Origin: Candidatus Hydrogenedentota bacterium
GTDB taxonomy: Bacteria; Hydrogenedentota; Hydrogenedentia; Hydrogenedentales; SLHB01
Length of the DNA stretch: 11,168 nucleotides
Direction: 5' to 3'
NCBI GenBank assembly: GCA_034408725.1
Contig: JAWXCN010000208.1
Coordinates: forward strand, 1-11,168
The notes under the pieces are model-generated. The model did no database searches and was not told the DNA's origin. It saw nothing but the letters and a program-made list of their open reading frames with translations. This document shows positions 8,242 to 11,168 of the stretch, piece after piece. The position numbers and the translations under genes were made by a program. The first letter of the stretch is position 1. Each line of letters opens with the position of its first letter.

Positions 8242-8269
8242 TGGGATCGGGAACATTATGAACTAGAAT
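8241..8269 (+). promoter_or_regulatory. Putative sigma70-type promoter of the GT-C gene
   Basis: TTGGGA (8241-8246), 17-bp spacer, TAGAAT (8264-8269), then ATG at 8280. Confidence 0.45.
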
Positions 8270-8279
8270 ACGGTCCAGC

Positions 8280-9944
8280 ATGCCTAAGCAAAAAGCGATC
8301 ACAGTTACCCCGGATGCGCGTATCGGGCGGTTATGCCTTGTGGTGTTGTGTGCCGTAATTCTTATTATTGGGTTAGTGCGCCTTCGCCTGGCGGGGGCGC
8401 CTTTGGAACGGGACGAGGGGGAATACGCATACGCGGGACAATTGATGTTGCAGGGTGTGCTTCCATTCGTTGAAATGTATAACATGAAAATGCCGGGGAT
8501 TTACGCCGCGTACGCGGTGGTATTGGCGGTATTCGGCCAGTCGGCGGTTGGCGTTCATCTTGGCCTGCTACTGGTCAATTTTGCTTCAATAGTCATGCTG
8601 TACTTTTTGGCACGGCGCTATTTTTCAACGCAGTTTGCCGTAATAGCGTCCGGCACGTTCGGGCTGATGTCACTCAGTTCCGGGGTCCTCGGCGCTTTCG
8701 CGCATGCCACGCAATTTGTCGTGTGTTTCGGTTTGGCGGCATTTCTGGTGCTGATGCAGCCCGGACGGCCAGTCCGGTGGCCTGCCGGATTTGCGAGCGG
8801 ACTGTTGTTCGGCCTGGCATTCATGATGAAGCAACACGCCGCGCCGTTTATCGTGGTGGCGGGAGTGTATTTGCTGTGGCAATTGAATCGGAATAAAGAA
8901 GCCTCGATTTCCTCCCGCGTCGCAACGGCCATTTTGTTTGGAGCAGGTGTATTCATTCCATTTCTTATCTCGTGCGCGGCGCTGTGGGGCGCCGGCGTAT
9001 TTGATCGGTTCTGGTTCTGGACGTTCGAATATGCGGGGGCGTACGTCTCGAAAAACACGGCAGCGACCATTCCGGAGAATCTGGGCTATGCGTTTCAATC
9101 GATGGTTCCCCCGGTTTTCCTGATGACCCTGCTTGCGCTGTGCGGTCTGTTCGCGATGTGGAAATTCAAATCGAAAGCGGCCTTCATCGTCTCGCTGCTT
9201 GTAGCCGGCGCGATTGCGGTGAGCCCCGGTTTTTACTACAGGACGCACTATTTTGTCCTGGTCCTGCCGCTCGCGGGTATTTTAGTGGCCTTTGGCGCTG
9301 ATTGGGCGTCCCAACGCTTACCGCGCACCATGAAGGCGGGAGCGCTTGCGCCGTTGATAATTGCGGCGATTGCATGGGGCCAATATTTGTTTTCCGACCG
9401 CGCGTACCTGTTTACGCAAACGCCCGTTGAAGTATCGCGGGCCATCTACGGTGCGAACCCGTTTCCGGAGTCGGTGCAGATCGGACAATATTTGCGGGAA
9501 AACACGGAGCCCGAAGACCGCATTGCCATTATCGGGTCAGAGCCGCAGCTATGTTTTTACTCGCAGAGGAGATCGGCAAGCGGTTTTGCGTATGTCTATG
9601 CGTTGATGGAAGACCAGCCATTTGCTTCGCAAATGCAGAAACAGATGATTGAAGAAATCGAAAATGGGAATCCGCGGTACGCGGTCATTATCGCCGTTTC
9701 CACATCCTGGCTTGGGCATCCTGACAGCGACAGGACCATCATGGAATGGGCAAGAAAATACGAACTGGAAAAGTGTGAACGGGTCTGCCTGATAGACATC
9801 ACGCCCATCGGCGCGATTTATCATTGGAACGAAGACCAGAAGGGACGGAATCCGCAGTCCAACGCGTGGGTTGGGATATACAAGGTGCGCGATTGGAAAC
9901 CCGCCGTCGCAGAATCGAGCGTTGATGTCAGCGCGTTGCGTTAG
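8280..9944 (+). CDS. GT-C fold integral-membrane glycosyltransferase (PMT/ArnT-like, 'GT39/GT83-like')
   Basis: A first TM helix is followed by the acidic loop LERDEGEYAY (DE at 8412-8417) and 'K.PG', then multiple TM helices including 'GLLFGLAFMMKQ' and 'HYF..VLP', and a soluble C-terminal domain. Confidence 0.82.
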   Translation: MPKQKAITVTPDARIGRLCLVVLCAVILIIGLVRLRLAGAPLERDEGEYAYAGQLMLQGVLPFVEMYNMKMPGIYAAYAVVLAVFGQSAVGVHLGLLLVNFASIVMLYFLARRYFSTQFAVIASGTFGLMSLSSGVLGAFAHATQFVVCFGLAAFLVLMQPGRPVRWPAGFASGLLFGLAFMMKQHAAPFIVVAGVYLLWQLNRNKEASISSRVATAILFGAGVFIPFLISCAALWGAGVFDRFWFWTFEYAGAYVSKNTAATIPENLGYAFQSMVPPVFLMTLLALCGLFAMWKFKSKAAFIVSLLVAGAIAVSPGFYYRTHYFVLVLPLAGILVAFGADWASQRLPRTMKAGALAPLIIAAIAWGQYLFSDRAYLFTQTPVEVSRAIYGANPFPESVQIGQYLRENTEPEDRIAIIGSEPQLCFYSQRRSASGFAYVYALMEDQPFASQMQKQMIEEIENGNPRYAVIIAVSTSWLGHPDSDRTIMEWARKYELEKCERVCLIDITPIGAIYHWNEDQKGRNPQSNAWVGIYKVRDWKPAVAESSVDVSALR

Positions 9945-9964
9945 TCGGCGCTTAGCCGTTGATT

Positions 9965-10101
9965 AGCCACCGATGCACACCGATAGACACCGATTAGCTT
10001 TTACTTTGTATTTTTCGCTTATGAGCGGGATGCGCGACGAAGAAAGTGGACTGTAGCAAATAAAACTTTCAATCGGTGTTCATCGCAATCCATCGGTAGT
10101 T
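9965..10101. repeat. 137-bp element bounded by imperfect 31-bp inverted repeats built from 10-bp-periodic CACCGAT units
   Basis: Left arm agccaccgatgcacaccgatagacaccgatt (9965-9995). The reverse complement of the right arm (10071-10101) is aactaccgatggattgcgatgaacaccgatt. They match at 23/31 positions ungapped by manual count. Confidence 0.75.
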
Positions 10102-11168
10102 CAAACTTTCACGGAGTCGCTGGCCGCGTCCCACACCATTGCGTTACCGGTTTGCTCGGAGAGCACGGCCATGTGGCAACAGACCGCGCCCATGAACCCG
10201 GCTTCGATGGGGGCAATTGGTTTTTGGCGGGTGCGCATGCAGCGAAAGAAATCTTCGAGATGCGGCTCGTTGTGAATGCCGGTTGACTGGACTTTCTCGA
10301 CAGTCTCATCCTGCCGTTTGCCGTTGTAGATCGAGAGCGTGGACATATCGCGGATTTCGAGCGTGCCTTCGGAGCCAAGGTAGCGTTCGTTTAGTCCGAA
10401 ATGGCCGTTCACGAATGACGCGCCGAAGGTGAACATGAACTGTTCGGGGTATTCGAGCAGGACGCCGATATTGTCCGCGCACGTCCGGCCATCGTTAATC
10501 TGGTACACGCCGCCGACGGACATCACCCGCTGGGGCATGCCGCAACCGGTGATGAAATGGCAGAGGTCCAGGTGGTGCAACATGAGATCGCCGGACGCGC
10601 CATTGGAATATTCGACGTAGCGCCGCCAATTAAGGTAGCGCTGTTCGTCGAAGGGATAGGACTTGGTATCGCGCAGGAATCGTTGCCAATCGACATCCGA
10701 GGCCAGAAATCCCGCGGGCTTTTTGCGCGTGTGCCCGCCCCAGCCGTGGCGGTCGACCTGCACCATGACAACCTTGCCGATGGCGCCGGATTGAACCACT
10801 TCGCGCGCTTTCTGGTACATACCGACACTGCGGAGTTGCGTGCCTACTTGCAGGACCGCACTTTTTGCGTTGACGCGATCACGGACGGCTTTCGCTTCTT
10901 GCCAGGTGAGGGTCATGGGTTTTTCGGTATACACGTCGAGGTTGCAATCGAGCGCGGCAAGAATCGCGGACGCGTGGATGTGATCAGGCGTGCCAATGAC
11001 AACGGCATCGAGCTTTTCCGTTGCCAGCATGTCTTCGAACGCGATGTAGGATTTTGCATCGGCATATTTTGCGCGGCATTTCGCGGCGGCAGCGTCGCGC
11101 GCGCCGGAGTAAACGTCGCATACCGCGATGACGTCCACGTCCTTTAAGCCAAGGGTCGAATCGAGCAG
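10101..11168 (-). CDS. Gfo/Idh/MocA-family NAD(P)-dependent oxidoreductase; 5' end lies beyond the right edge
   Basis: Motifs AVCDV, LDAVVIGTPDHIH, VYTEKPM, LQVGTQLRS, NWR.Y.EYS.G...D...H.LD. The frame stays open upstream of 11138 (LLDSTLGLKDVDV...) to the window end. Confidence 0.93.
   Translation of the reverse strand: MLDSTLGLKDVDVIAVCDVYSGARDAAAAKCRAKYADAKSYIAFEDMLATEKLDAVVIGTPDHIHASAILAALDCNLDVYTEKPMTLTWQEAKAVRDRVNAKSAVLQVGTQLRSVGMYQKAREVVQSGAIGKVVMVQVDRHGWGGHTRKKPAGFLASDVDWQRFLRDTKSYPFDEQRYLNWRRYVEYSNGASGDLMLHHLDLCHFITGCGMPQRVMSVGGVYQINDGRTCADNIGVLLEYPEQFMFTFGASFVNGHFGLNERYLGSEGTLEIRDMSTLSIYNGKRQDETVEKVQSTGIHNEPHLEDFFRCMRTRQKPIAPIEAGFMGAVCCHMAVLSEQTGNAMVWDAASDSVKV

Noticed and set aside
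10557-11147. 196-aa plus-strand ORF
   Set aside because: Antisense to the Gfo/Idh/MocA oxidoreductase.

Overview
GC-rich bacterial window with seven protein genes and no rRNA, tRNA, CRISPR array or transposase. In order: the 5' part of a xylulokinase (minus strand, runs off the left edge, absent from the ORF track); a GT4 glycosyltransferase followed by a Wzx-type flippase; a ~1140-aa secreted thermolysin-family (M4) protease with accessory domains and a C-terminal dockerin-like duplicated Ca-binding motif; a convergent LolA-like periplasmic protein; a GT-C (PMT/ArnT-like) membrane glycosyltransferase; and a convergent Gfo/Idh/MocA oxidoreductase that runs off the right edge. The dockerin-like tail resembles my recollection of Candidatus Hydrogenedentes proteins (inference only). 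The least explained signal is a set of short repeats: a 10-bp-periodic CACGGAC array plus a G9 tract inside an apparent in-frame insertion in the GT4 gene, a related CACCGAT array forming the inverted ends of a 137-bp intergenic element, a 9-bp-periodic GGGAC array, and a GGAG-type REP doublet abutting a putative promoter. The protease has a near-consensus sigma70 promoter and a ~200-nt structured leader.
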